From contig CADBOO010000132.1 in the NCBI GenBank assembly GCA_902796225.1, positions 21,188-85,187 of the forward strand: DNA of 64,000 nt. Direction: 5' to 3'. The notes below the pieces were generated by a model. That model had not been told where the DNA came from and made no database searches. It saw nothing but the letters and a program-made list of their open reading frames with translations. This document shows positions 46,118 through 55,719 of this stretch, piece after piece. The stretch's first letter is position 1; each line of letters opens with the position of its first letter. A program made the translations under genes and the position numbers. This stretch comes from an uncultured Ruminococcus sp. GTDB lineage: Bacteria > Bacillota > Clostridia > Oscillospirales > Acutalibacteraceae.

Positions 46118-47299
46118 ATGAGAAATGCAAAGAAACTCCTCTGTGTCGTACTGGTGCTGCTGGTAGCGCTCAGTGCGGCATCCTGCTCGATCACTAAGCA
46201 GTACGCTTACCAGAAAGACGACGTCGAGCTGCCTATCGGCGTATATATTTTCTATCTGCAGCAGGCGTACAGCGAAGCGCAGTCTTATGCACAGCAGTCT
46301 GATAAATACGACAGCGAGACCGGCAAGTATGACGGCAAAAAGTCTTTCCTGAAGATGGAGATCACCGACAGTGATGATAACACCGCCGTCGCAGAGGATT
46401 GGATCAAAGATAAGGCAAAGGAATACACCCTCAACGCGATCGCGATCGCTACAGAGTTCAATAAGCTCGGCGCTACGATCGATGAGCTGGGTCCCAACGA
46501 TATGTATTCGTCGATCAATATCTACTCTATCTATAATTCTCAGACAGGCCAGCTCGATTCTTCTCTCGACCAGAAGCTGTCCGACGTCGCAAAGAATTAC
46601 GAGAAGTACGGCATCGGCTTTGATTCCTGGCTGTTCTGCAGCTCTTCCGTCAATCTGATGAAGGAAGCCGCATTCCAGAAAGAGTATGCCGCCGACGGTC
46701 CTTCTCCTGTCAGCAACGACGACATCAGCAAGTATTTCACCGAGAATTACTACAACTATACCACTATCTCAGCTCCGCTTTATACATCCGAAGCCAAAGC
46801 CGATAACTCCGGCGAGACCGAAAATAAAGCTATGAGCGATAAGGAAGTCAAGAAGTACGAGGATGCTTTCAAGGGCTATGTCAAGGACGTCAAGAACGGC
46901 AAGTCCATGGACGAGGTTGTCAAGACTTACAACAAGAAGTTCGATGCGGAAGCTTCCGCGACTCCTTCGGTCGTAAAGATCGAAAAGGATACCAAGGATG
47001 AGCTGAGCAAGGCTGTACTCGCGCTCAAGGAAGGCGAAGTCACCTACAAGATCATCGGCGACGACGCAACCACCCGCATGATCTATCTGATCTACAGACA
47101 GCCCATCAAGGATAAGGTCTCCGAGTACCTTGACGGCGATTCAAAGCAGTCCTCTCTGCTCCACGAGCTGAAGGACGACGACTTTGAAGATCTGCTCAAA
47201 GGTCTTATCGAAGACGAGGACATCAAGATCTCCTCGGCATGCAACAGCTACAAACCCTCGATGTTTGAAGAAAAAGAAAAGAAGACAACGACAAACTGA
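46118..47299 (+). CDS. Host lipoprotein, possibly SurA/PrsA-like foldase
   Basis: Lipobox-like AAS-C; GVYIFYL, LKEGEV motifs; upstream TAGACA-17-TATATT promoter. Confidence 0.65.
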   Translation: MRNAKKLLCVVLVLLVALSAASCSITKQYAYQKDDVELPIGVYIFYLQQAYSEAQSYAQQSDKYDSETGKYDGKKSFLKMEITDSDDNTAVAEDWIKDKAKEYTLNAIAIATEFNKLGATIDELGPNDMYSSINIYSIYNSQTGQLDSSLDQKLSDVAKNYEKYGIGFDSWLFCSSSVNLMKEAAFQKEYAADGPSPVSNDDISKYFTENYYNYTTISAPLYTSEAKADNSGETENKAMSDKEVKKYEDAFKGYVKDVKNGKSMDEVVKTYNKKFDAEASATPSVVKIEKDTKDELSKAVLALKEGEVTYKIIGDDATTRMIYLIYRQPIKDKVSEYLDGDSKQSSLLHELKDDDFEDLLKGLIEDEDIKISSACNSYKPSMFEEKEKKTTTN

Positions 47300-47317
47300 T
47301 TGAACGGAGTTGATTGA

Positions 47318-48334
47318 ATGAAAAAATCGTTACGATTTATCACTCTGATACTGGCAGCGATCTTTTTGATCGTCGGCACAGCGCTTATTGCAAACGCCGA
47401 TGCAGGCGCAGGCGCCTCACCGGGCGCGGGTTCCGGCTCAAACGGAAATTCTGTCGACGACGGCGGCGAAGCTGTTGATTCCGACGGCGGCGACATCGTC
47501 GATCCCGGCGTTGATCCCGGCGTAGACGCCGGCAACGGCGGCGACAGCGGCAACGGCGGTAACAGCGGTAACAGCGGCAACGACGGCGGCAACGGCGGCA
47601 ACAGCGGCAACAGCGGCAACGCGGGCAACGACGGCGGCAACGGCGGCAACGGCGGCATTATCACCGACGGCGACGGCGGCGATAACGGCGGTGCTGCCAA
47701 CGACGACGGCAACAACTCGTCTTATGACGGCGGCAATGACTCCGGTTACGACAACAACCAGAGCGACGACAACAGCGACGATTCCGGTTCTTCTTCCTAC
47801 CAGCTGTATGTCGACGATTCTCCGCTGTACTACGGCGACGCCCAGAACTACGACTACAATTCCTCATCCGACAATGACCGCAACGCCGGCAAGATCGAAG
47901 CGAAGCAGTATGACGCACAGGTAGACCCCTCTATCAAAGCACAAAAATGGGAAAACCTTGATGTCCCCGGTTCCGATAAGGACATCAAGCTCAATTCCGG
48001 CAGCGCTGACGGCGACGTCAGCTTCAAAGAAATGAAGGCAAACAACAGCAAGGGCGACGATATGGGCTATATCCCGTATATCGGCGCAGCGCTGGTTGCA
48101 CTGGCAGTGCTGGGTATCCTCTATTTCATTATCGCTACCGTTACCCAGAGAAAGAAAAAAGAGCAATATGCTCAGGCGTCAGGAGCTTACGCGTCAAATC
48201 CGAATTCCGATAAGCCTGCAAAAAAGAGCAGAGCAATCCGCTACGCCGATGATTACGACGACGGTTACTCTTCTACCCGCAAGGGTTCAAAGGCAGATAC
48301 CGGCGAGATCCATCTCCCCCGCCGCTTTAAATAA
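47318..48334 (+). CDS. Exported Gly/Asn/Asp-rich protein with C-terminal membrane anchor
   Basis: Signal peptide, GGN/GNS low-complexity repeats, one TM helix followed by RKKK. Confidence 0.8.
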   Translation: MKKSLRFITLILAAIFLIVGTALIANADAGAGASPGAGSGSNGNSVDDGGEAVDSDGGDIVDPGVDPGVDAGNGGDSGNGGNSGNSGNDGGNGGNSGNSGNAGNDGGNGGNGGIITDGDGGDNGGAANDDGNNSSYDGGNDSGYDNNQSDDNSDDSGSSSYQLYVDDSPLYYGDAQNYDYNSSSDNDRNAGKIEAKQYDAQVDPSIKAQKWENLDVPGSDKDIKLNSGSADGDVSFKEMKANNSKGDDMGYIPYIGAALVALAVLGILYFIIATVTQRKKKEQYAQASGAYASNPNSDKPAKKSRAIRYADDYDDGYSSTRKGSKADTGEIHLPRRFK

Positions 48335-48342
48335 TCCAAGAT

Positions 48343-48371
48343 AAAACGTCTCCTTCGGGAGGCGTTTTTTT
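48343..48371 (+). terminator. Intrinsic terminator
   Basis: AAAACGTCTCC-TTCG-GGAGGCGTTTTTT. Confidence 0.85.
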
Positions 48372-48391
48372 ATCAATTATTCCGCAGAATC

Positions 48392-48420
48392 TTGCATTCC
48401 CGAACCATTTAGGATATAAT
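48392..48420 (+). promoter_or_regulatory. SigA promoter of the ybjQ-like gene
   Basis: TTGCAT-17 nt-TATAAT. Confidence 0.7.
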
Positions 48421-48456
48421 GGATTCAATCTTTTTAAACCGAAAGGGGAAAACATC

Positions 48457-48768
48457 ATGATCATTGTCAACACACCCACCATCGAAGGAAGAATTCTGGA
48501 AACACTGGGTCTGGTCACCGGCAACACCGTCCAGTCGAAGAACGCCTTCAAGGACATCGGCGCGGGCTTTCGCAACCTTGTCGGAGGCGAAGTCGGTTCC
48601 TACACCAAGATGCTTGCAGAAGCGCGCGATATCGCGATCAGCAGAATGATCGCACAGGCGCAGAGCATGGGCGCGGATGCTATCGTCAACGTCAGATTCT
48701 CCAGCGCGTCTATTATGGAAGGCGCTGCCGAGATCCTTGCCTGGGGTACCGCGGTCAAGTTCAAATAA
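48457..48768 (+). CDS. ybjQ: YbjQ/UPF0145-family protein
   Basis: LGLVTG, VGGEVGSY, GADAIVNVRF, GTAVK. Confidence 0.9.
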   Translation: MIIVNTPTIEGRILETLGLVTGNTVQSKNAFKDIGAGFRNLVGGEVGSYTKMLAEARDIAISRMIAQAQSMGADAIVNVRFSSASIMEGAAEILAWGTAVKFK

Positions 48769-48780
48769 TCCGTCCGGATA

Positions 48781-48820
48781 CAGCATGAGAGCCTCCCTTT
48801 CGGGAGGCTCTTGCTGTTTT
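48781..48820. terminator. Terminator between ybjQ and the GTA-like operon
   Basis: AGAGCCTCCC-TTTC-GGGAGGCTCT extended by CAGCA/TGCTG and TTTT. Confidence 0.8.
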
Positions 48821-49285
48821 TCAGCGAAATACGATTGCCAGATACTGGCCGCCGTTTTCGTTCAGATTGAATCGCATTCCGTCCGACGCCGAACTCTGCT
48901 GACGGACGACAAAGCCGGTCGAGCTGACGCTCACTCCGCCGCTGCCGCCGCTGCCGTATACCGCCGTACCGGAATTGACGACCGCTGTCCCGCTGTCGAT
49001 CGCAGTGGGAGCAGCGTTCTTTTTATACACCATCACCATTTTCGGAGCAAAATCCGTCGTCAGCGCCCGGTTATCGACGCCGCTGCCGGAGTAGATCATC
49101 GTCGTATAGGGCGACAACGCCTTCTCCTTCTCCGCCGCCGTCAGATGCTTGGTCGTATCCGCGATATGTCCGCCGACGGTCGAGTCGATGATGTGGTTGT
49201 CCGATACAAAATCCGCGCGTTTCGGACGGTCGGACGCCGCCCAATCGCACAATCCCAGATGGGTCGTAAAACTGCTGGATGCCAT
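48821..49285 (-). CDS. Short tail fibre/tip protein
   Basis: TTHLGLCDW...DNHIID anchor, YSGSG...FAPKMVMV...LNENGGQY C-terminal domain. Confidence 0.7.
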   Translation of the reverse strand: MASSSFTTHLGLCDWAASDRPKRADFVSDNHIIDSTVGGHIADTTKHLTAAEKEKALSPYTTMIYSGSGVDNRALTTDFAPKMVMVYKKNAAPTAIDSGTAVVNSGTAVYGSGGSGGVSVSSTGFVVRQQSSASDGMRFNLNENGGQYLAIVFR

Positions 49286-49299
49286 TTTTCTTCCTTCCT

Positions 49300-49857
49300 T
49301 TATTCAAGAGAATCGATCTCGTCCCAGTCGAGGTCTTCACTGTCAAGCGCAGCAAAGGTCTTGTTCAGCGCGTCCAACTCGCTCCACATCAGCGTATTGA
49401 AAACCAGCTGGAATTCCAGATGCGCCGGAACGATTTTTGCGACTTCGCTTTTGATAAACGCTTGCTCTGCTTTTGTGTAATCTGTCTGCGCCACGATGTT
49501 CAGACGGTTGAGGGTCGGAAACTCCGAGATCACATATTCCAGCCCGAAGCTGTCGAGCGCCATGCGGATCCCGGCGGGGGTAAAATCCCCTTCGCCGAGA
49601 TTCATGCGGCTGAGCAGCCGTTCGCGGCGCTCTGCTGCAGTCAATGACGATTGCTCGGGGCCGAAGAGTTCTTCGTATTCTTTGAGACCTCTGTCCTGCG
49701 CCGTTGCGATGAAGCCCTCCGGGAGCATCTCGTCGATCTGCTGATACAGGCGTTCGAATTCATCTGCGTAAGCCCTCAGCTCCCGCCCGAGATTTCGCGC
49801 ATCCGATCGGTAGATCATCAGCGGGAGCAGCGCTTTTTTCATACTTTGCAGAACCAT
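49300..49857 (-). CDS. YmfQ/DUF2313 baseplate protein
   Basis: FIATA...GL..YE, ERRERL, IVPAHLE. Confidence 0.8.
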   Translation of the reverse strand: MVLQSMKKALLPLMIYRSDARNLGRELRAYADEFERLYQQIDEMLPEGFIATAQDRGLKEYEELFGPEQSSLTAAERRERLLSRMNLGEGDFTPAGIRMALDSFGLEYVISEFPTLNRLNIVAQTDYTKAEQAFIKSEVAKIVPAHLEFQLVFNTLMWSELDALNKTFAALDSEDLDWDEIDSLE

Positions 49858-49860
49858 TCT

Positions 49861-50922
49861 CTACACCTCTCTGACCACGATATTGTCGGGATATGCGATC
49901 TGTGCGTCAGAGATCGGGCAATCGGAGCCGTAGCTCTCCAGAAAGCGATAATCGCGCACGCCCTTGATGTGATAGATGACCTCGCCGACCTCGCTGAGCA
50001 GCAGATCTCTGCCGATACCGAGATCATCAATAAAGCGGGTCACCGCCTGTCGGACCTCATCAGCGACCGTGTCAAAATCGTAGCCGGGATCGACTTTCAG
50101 CCGGATATAGAGCGATATTCCGATCGGCTCCGGCTCAGCCGCCCTGACGTCAACATTCAGCTCTCTCGCCTGTGTCAGCAATGCCTGCACCTGTGCCATT
50201 TGGGTGTTGGACAGCGACATCCCGCCGTCGCCGATGACATAGACGTCGACCGTCCCTGCTCCTCTTGCACAACCGACGACCGACGCGGATGCAACGCCGC
50301 TGACTGACATTGCAAGGCGCTTGTAGTAAGCGGCATTGGCTCCGTTTGAAATATATCTGTAGCTGTCCTGTACGCGGGCGCGCAGATCGTCGTCGCTTTC
50401 CGTATCCGCGCCGCCGCTGTACGGCGCGCCGTTCGTGACGCTGCCGATCCCCGTTATCGGTGTGACGATGATCGTGACGGTACCGCCGTTGACATTGTAG
50501 TCTGCGCCTGCCTGCGCGGCGGTAACATACGCCAGCGCACGTGTATCCTCCGCTCCCAGAACAACGTCGGAATCCGTCACGAACCGATGCATATTGGTAT
50601 ACGCACACACCACTGTACCGGCTGGGATCAGGATCGATCCATGCGTTTCCTCGGAAGGGTAAAAGTATACCGAACCGTGCGCCTTTGCCGCGGGTCTGCG
50701 CGTTATACCGCGTTCTGCGGCGTGCATATCCAAGTATTCGCCGACGGCTGTCGACGGGAACATCTGCCGCAGTACGTATTCCGCATAGGCGCGTTCCTTG
50801 AAGATCTCGGCGGCAAGCACCCTGAGCCGGATCATCACATCCGATCCTTCCTGCGGTTCAAAGCCCGCATAGCCTATGTAACTTTGTTTCATTCTGTCAA
50901 GAATGGTTTCATATGATTCCAG
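49861..50922 (-). CDS. Baseplate J/gp47 protein
   Basis: TAVGEYLDMHA, GGADTESDDDLRARV, RGAGTVDV; likely CTG start at 50922 after GGAGGTG. Confidence 0.9.
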   Translation of the reverse strand: MESYETILDRMKQSYIGYAGFEPQEGSDVMIRLRVLAAEIFKERAYAEYVLRQMFPSTAVGEYLDMHAAERGITRRPAAKAHGSVYFYPSEETHGSILIPAGTVVCAYTNMHRFVTDSDVVLGAEDTRALAYVTAAQAGADYNVNGGTVTIIVTPITGIGSVTNGAPYSGGADTESDDDLRARVQDSYRYISNGANAAYYKRLAMSVSGVASASVVGCARGAGTVDVYVIGDGGMSLSNTQMAQVQALLTQARELNVDVRAAEPEPIGISLYIRLKVDPGYDFDTVADEVRQAVTRFIDDLGIGRDLLLSEVGEVIYHIKGVRDYRFLESYGSDCPISDAQIAYPDNIVVREV

Positions 50923-51259
50923 AAATATCCACCTCCGTCACGGCAGATCTGCCGCGAAAAGTCACTTTTATTCCGGCGACCGCGTTTACGGCGTCGTAGG
51001 AAATAACCTGAGCGTCTACCCCGCCGATATCCGCAACGCCCTCTTTGACGAGCATATCCAGCCGATCGGCGGCATTGTCCGCATCGGGAGAAAACGCGTT
51101 GTAATCCACCCCTAAGCTGCGGTCATACTGAAAGTCGCCGCGCTTGACCAGCGCGACCGTCCGCACCAGCTGTACCGCCTCGTCGAATCCGCCGATCATC
51201 TCAAAATCCCCGTTGAGCCGCAAAGCGATATCACCGTTATTGATCCTGACGTCCATCAC
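50909..51259 (-). CDS. Baseplate wedge protein (gp46/DUF2634-like)
   Basis: RGDFQYDRSLG motif; slot between spike and baseplate J. Confidence 0.7.
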   Translation of the reverse strand: MMDVRINNGDIALRLNGDFEMIGGFDEAVQLVRTVALVKRGDFQYDRSLGVDYNAFSPDADNAADRLDMLVKEGVADIGGVDAQVISYDAVNAVAGIKVTFRGRSAVTEVDISGII

Positions 51260-51594
51260 TGTACCGCCCTTCCGTTGATCAGCACGCTGCCGTCGTTTTT
51301 CAACACTATGGAAGCGCCTCCCGCCGAGTACAGCATCAGCTCGCCGGGCTGCAGCTCGTCACATGCTTCGCCGAGTACCCCGAGGCAGATATTTCCCGCC
51401 TCGGTCGGCAGCACCACCGATCTGCTTCCGACAGCCGGCTTGTATGCGATACCGTACGGCACCGCGACCGGCAGCGACATATGCTCGTTCGTCGCGCTGA
51501 CCGCCACCTTATCGCCTCCTGCCGCACGCACTACGCCGACCGAGGCGCTGTCCTTCGAAAACGAGTTCTCCGTTACATATCTCGATATCCACAT
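51256..51594 (-). CDS. Baseplate spike protein (Mu gp45-like)
   Basis: PYGIAYKP, LQPGELMLYSAGGASIVLKNDG. Confidence 0.8.
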   Translation of the reverse strand: MWISRYVTENSFSKDSASVGVVRAAGGDKVAVSATNEHMSLPVAVPYGIAYKPAVGSRSVVLPTEAGNICLGVLGEACDELQPGELMLYSAGGASIVLKNDGSVLINGRAVQ

Positions 51595-52529
51595 CCGTTA
51601 TTCCTCCTTTTGAGTATCAGGGTCGACGTCCCGCCGCTGCTGTCCAGCCGATAGCTGACGCCGCTGACATAAAGCCCGCCTATCTTTGCGAGCCGGCGGT
51701 TTTTGACAACGGCGTCGCTGCCCATGACCTGCGCCAAAAATCCCGGGCATTTCAGCCGGATGCTGAAAGAAGCGTCGGCGCCGTTTTTGATCATCGTATC
51801 CACGCAGGTCATCGGCGTGGATGAAAGCACGGCGTTCACATATCGTTCCCTGCAAATGCCGCGGCGGACAGCGTCGTCGTTCTCAATCCTGTAGACATAC
51901 CCGTCCTCGTCATTGATCTTGACGTTCACGCGCGAGAGTTCTTCGCACCGCTTGATTGTTTCGCTCAGGTGCGTATAAACGATCCCGTCGCCGGTATCGG
52001 AAAAGACCGCCTCCCCCGAGGATCTGATCCCCTTCATCCACAGCACGCCGTCGGCGGTCACGCGCGGGGTCGAAGAATAACACGCCGTGCAGAAATTCTT
52101 CAGCACAGCCCACTGTGACATGCCTTTGTTGACCTGCTGTTCGCCGTAATAGACCGCGTCGTCATTCTCGCCCCTGACGATCCCGTAACGCTGCACATGG
52201 CGCTCGAAGATCAGCGCCGCCGAGGGATGATCATAACACTCCGGCATCGCCTCGTTATCGAGCAGACGCGCTGCGAGCGAACGGGCGGAGATCTTCAAAA
52301 AGCGTCCCTGTTCACCGATGATATGCTCCTGTTCATCCGCCACGCCGACAAAGATCACCCGATCGCCGTCAAATACCCTGACGTCGACCGTCTCGCCGAC
52401 GTCCTCATATGCAAAAACCGCACAGCAATCGTCTGCGGGGACGTCCTCGTCCATGCGGATGCTGAGCTTCAGCGGGCGGGTGAGGAGATGCGTTTTCCCC
52501 TGTGTATCCGTCAACTCAAAGCTCAGCAT
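51573..52529 (-). CDS. Baseplate hub protein (Mu gpP/XkdQ-like)
   Basis: IFVGVADE, ARSLAARLLDNE motifs; synteny. Confidence 0.75.
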   Translation of the reverse strand: MLSFELTDTQGKTHLLTRPLKLSIRMDEDVPADDCCAVFAYEDVGETVDVRVFDGDRVIFVGVADEQEHIIGEQGRFLKISARSLAARLLDNEAMPECYDHPSAALIFERHVQRYGIVRGENDDAVYYGEQQVNKGMSQWAVLKNFCTACYSSTPRVTADGVLWMKGIRSSGEAVFSDTGDGIVYTHLSETIKRCEELSRVNVKINDEDGYVYRIENDDAVRRGICRERYVNAVLSSTPMTCVDTMIKNGADASFSIRLKCPGFLAQVMGSDAVVKNRRLAKIGGLYVSGVSYRLDSSGGTSTLILKRRNNGCGYRDM

Positions 52530-53044
52530 AAACGCACCCTCTCCCCTTCCTCAAGGCAGTCGATATACCTGATCTGCGGATTCAGCCGCACCAGTGTTTC
52601 AATCGGAACGCCTGTGATATAGCTGATATCCCACAGTGATTCGCCGACAACGATGGCGTCATAGTATTCGCGCGGGATGTTATCCTTTGCCGCCGGCTGT
52701 GCTTCGATGAAAACAAAGCGATATCCGAGCACATCTTCTTTCGGCTGGGCGGTCATTTTCAGCTCTTTGAGATACGCATGCATCGCGGGCATCTTCGGCA
52801 GTGACAGCAGTCCTTCCTTTTCGTCGTCAAGCAGTTTCTGCAAACGCTCAAACTGCGCGATACAATCCGTACCGTACAGCTCGCCCTCGCCGGTGATCCG
52901 GCGCAGCTTGCTGCCGAGATGCGCGCTCTGCGGCTCACAGCAGGGAGAGGTCAGCTCGCGGATATTGCCCGCGCCCTCGATCTTCAGCGTTGCGGGATTA
53001 TGATGAAAGGTGTACCCGCAAAATCGCATGGGGGCATTTTTCAT
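52523..53044 (-). CDS. LysM-domain tube initiator protein
   Basis: HNPATL, GEGELYG, C-terminal LysM GESLWDIS...LNPQI. Confidence 0.8.
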   Translation of the reverse strand: MKNAPMRFCGYTFHHNPATLKIEGAGNIRELTSPCCEPQSAHLGSKLRRITGEGELYGTDCIAQFERLQKLLDDEKEGLLSLPKMPAMHAYLKELKMTAQPKEDVLGYRFVFIEAQPAAKDNIPREYYDAIVVGESLWDISYITGVPIETLVRLNPQIRYIDCLEEGERVRLC

Positions 53045-53169
53045 ATATGCTTTGCCTCCTCTTCTTCGCTGAACGCCTTGTTATAGCGGCGTGCGTCGCG
53101 TTCCATAAACGCGAACGCCTCCTCGTCATAGAATTCGCGTTCTTCGCTTTCATAGATCTCATCCTGCAT
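53041..53169 (-). CDS. 42-aa acidic mini-protein in the tape-measure position (not in ORF track)
   Basis: MQDEIYESEEREFYDEEAFAFMERDARRYNKAFSEEEEAKHI*; overlaps the upstream stop and has an ATGA overlap with the next start. Confidence 0.75.
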   Translation of the reverse strand: MQDEIYESEEREFYDEEAFAFMERDARRYNKAFSEEEEAKHI

Positions 53170-53542
53170 TTTCGCGCACCTGCCTTCTCATGCTTTTCGC
53201 CGTGATCGTAAAGACGTCGACCACGTTTTTTCCTTCCTTGATGCTGCGTTCCTGTCCGGTGACCGTGCAGCCCTCATAGCTGTACACGATCTCTCCGTCG
53301 ACCGCGCTCAGCGTGAATCCGTTCTCCCCGATGATCTCATAGCGGAACAGCGACAATACGCTCAATCTGATCTCTGCGCTGATCCTGCCGTTGACGATCT
53401 CAAACGCCTCGCCGCTGAGATACTCGCGGATCGGATAGCTCTCGCAAGCGGTTTTCGCGACAAAATCCGTCACGCCGAACAGCTGTTCTTCGCCGATATA
53501 CAGCTCGATATCCCGACTGCGGGTGATGCGTAATTCATTCAT
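53159..53542 (-). CDS. Tail tube-like protein
   Basis: 127 aa beta-strand pattern (DIELYI...YSYEGC...FTITA); synteny. Confidence 0.6.
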   Translation of the reverse strand: MNELRITRSRDIELYIGEEQLFGVTDFVAKTACESYPIREYLSGEAFEIVNGRISAEIRLSVLSLFRYEIIGENGFTLSAVDGEIVYSYEGCTVTGQERSIKEGKNVVDVFTITAKSMRRQVRENAG

Positions 53543-53985
53543 CGCACAGCCTCCCCGGTCAGGATGCGGCGCATCGTCACGCGCAGATCGCGATAGATCG
53601 TGCGGGCGGTGTTATCATAGGCAACCCCGCCCAGCGACATCTCGGCGATCTCCCGATCAACGTCGCAGACGCCGACCGCGTCAAACAGCTGGGCGCTCAT
53701 CCTGAGCAGCGCTGACGCCGAAGTGTTGCGCGGCGCATAGACCCTGAGCGTCAGGTCGATCTCATACAAAGCGCCTTTCAGTCCCGTGCCGACGGTATCT
53801 CCGATGAATACCTGCGATCGCTTGACGGACGTCTGATCAACGGCGACCGTGTACTTGTCAATGGGATTCGGCACATCTCTCGGAGGATACGCCGTCATGA
53901 ACACCATATCCGATACCGCGGTACGCTGACGCACGCGCTTGATCAGCTCGTCTATATTATTATCAATCAATGACGTCATAGTCAT
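53539..53985 (-). CDS. Probable tail terminator/neck protein
   Basis: Synteny; LTLRVYAP motif. Confidence 0.55.
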   Translation of the reverse strand: MTMTSLIDNNIDELIKRVRQRTAVSDMVFMTAYPPRDVPNPIDKYTVAVDQTSVKRSQVFIGDTVGTGLKGALYEIDLTLRVYAPRNTSASALLRMSAQLFDAVGVCDVDREIAEMSLGGVAYDNTARTIYRDLRVTMRRILTGEAVR

Positions 53986-54325
53986 CCTCCTTCAATTCTT
54001 TTTTCGGCGAAAGTATCGCCCAGACATAGACCCCGTCGTCGCCGACGACGAATTCTTCGGATCTGACAACGGTATACGCGCTGCCTTTGCAAGTGATCAC
54101 TGTGTTGTCGCCGAAGGAAAATCGGCGGGAGAGATCGCCGATATACAGCTGATAGGAATTGTCATAGTATCCGACAGGGATCTTCTTGTCGTAGAGATAC
54201 AGGCGATGCTGCCGCCGAAGCGGCTGGACAAAGGCCTTGGTGACCTCTGTCCTGCCGTTTGTGCGGATCGCGACCGTATTGCCGTATCGTCTGAGTATTC
54301 TGCGAAAGCTTTGTGATGCGGTCAT
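53963..54325 (-). CDS. Probable head closure protein
   Basis: LRRYGNTV, AFVQPL, LYIG, YVWAIL. Confidence 0.6.
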   Translation of the reverse strand: MTASQSFRRILRRYGNTVAIRTNGRTEVTKAFVQPLRRQHRLYLYDKKIPVGYYDNSYQLYIGDLSRRFSFGDNTVITCKGSAYTVVRSEEFVVGDDGVYVWAILSPKKELKEDDYDVID

Positions 54326-54684
54326 ATTCTCACCGCCCTGAATGAAAAATCGTCGTCGATCGCAACGATACCGGCGATAGACGCCTTCTCGTCTTCCCAG
54401 AGTTTTTCGGCGCTCGTACCGCCGTCGTCATCCATGATCAGCTGAACGTCGCCCGCCTTGAAACTGCTGACGCCCGTATCTCTGCCGAGCCTGCTGATGC
54501 GAAGGTAAGCATACACCGCACAGGCATGAACGACTCGGCGGTGTTCCGGACCGGTCAGTTCACGGCTGATCCTCTCCTCAAAATACTCTTTGCATTCGAT
54601 GATGATCGGCAGATAGCGGGAGATCTCTTTTCTCTCATAACCCGACACCAGAGTGAAGCGTTCAATGATCTCGTTCAAGCTCAT
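54322..54684 (-). CDS. Probable head-tail connector
   Basis: Helical; SSFKAGDV motif; follows the capsid gene. Confidence 0.65.
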   Translation of the reverse strand: MSLNEIIERFTLVSGYERKEISRYLPIIIECKEYFEERISRELTGPEHRRVVHACAVYAYLRISRLGRDTGVSSFKAGDVQLIMDDDGGTSAEKLWEDEKASIAGIVAIDDDFSFRAVRI

Positions 54685-54699
54685 AGTGCCACGCCTCCT

Positions 54700-55707
54700 T
54701 TAGTAGCTCAGCTTTTTGGAAGCGCCGGTAAAGATCTTTGCAAAGCCCGCGATCGAGCTGATCGTCGCGCGCTCAAGCTGACGGTCGATGAGCTTGTCGT
54801 AATCGGTCACGACGTCGCCCGCAACGACCATCTCCAGCGCGCAGTTCTTATCCAGACCGATGACATTGGCGCCGCTGACAGCGGTGGTATGGATGAGATT
54901 TGCGCCGAGCGGCGTGATCATCTTGCCGCTTGCGTGGAAGTTCAGACCCGCGACAGCGTCCTTCATCTCGGTGATGGAGAGCAGCTTGCTCATCGCCGCT
55001 GTCGGCGCAAGGATGGTGTTCAGCTCATAGGGAGCCAGCGCGCCCCACAGAGAGATCAGATCGGCGTAGCTGAGGCTGCCGGATGTCGCCGCGTTAACGG
55101 TCGAGCAGGCGTTGCTGTTACCGTCGCCGTTGATGATCACGTCGACCGCGTCTTTGAGCTGAGCGCGGGCGATGTACGCGCCGATCTGCTTGAGGGTAAC
55201 GGTGAAGAGATCGATACGCTGGAAGCGCAGCGCCTCGTACGATGACACCAGCATTCTGCCGCGCTTATGCAGCTTGACCAGATTATCGTTGGTTTTGATT
55301 TCAGTGGTCGGGATGAATGCGCCCTCGGCGACCTTCATCAGGCTCTTGTCATCCTCTCCGGGAGTCGAGGTGATCGAGCGATAATCCATGCCGTCGATCC
55401 TGGTGACGGTTGCGACGACGTCATTCAGGACGTCAGCCTCTTCCATGCCTGTGTGGACGGCGCGGCTGACGTATTCGGGGAACAGCGCCGCCGAATTGGA
55501 GGTCGCGAAGAACTTCTCAACAGTATCGCTGGCTCTGCCGCTGACTTTGATGTCAAAACGCTTGAGCTGACGGGAAAACGCGTCGAGTCCCTCGAGCGCG
55601 GTACCCTTGTACTCCTCGCTGGGATCCAGCGCCTCCAGCACCTCGGTCAGCGACTTGCCGCTCTGGTACATTCCCTTTTCCAGATTGATGGTTTCAAAAT
55701 TTGCCAT
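54700..55707 (-). CDS. Major capsid protein (HK97 fold)
   Basis: LFPEYV, VAEGAFIP, KLHKRGR...SYEALR, INGDG. Confidence 0.9.
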   Translation of the reverse strand: MANFETINLEKGMYQSGKSLTEVLEALDPSEEYKGTALEGLDAFSRQLKRFDIKVSGRASDTVEKFFATSNSAALFPEYVSRAVHTGMEEADVLNDVVATVTRIDGMDYRSITSTPGEDDKSLMKVAEGAFIPTTEIKTNDNLVKLHKRGRMLVSSYEALRFQRIDLFTVTLKQIGAYIARAQLKDAVDVIINGDGNSNACSTVNAATSGSLSYADLISLWGALAPYELNTILAPTAAMSKLLSITEMKDAVAGLNFHASGKMITPLGANLIHTTAVSGANVIGLDKNCALEMVVAGDVVTDYDKLIDRQLERATISSIAGFAKIFTGASKKLSY

Positions 55708-55719
55708 AGTATTCCCTCC

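Noticed and set aside
47530-47710. GGCAAC-type tandem repeats as a separate element
   Set aside because: Explained by the Gly/Asn low-complexity linker of the host surface protein.
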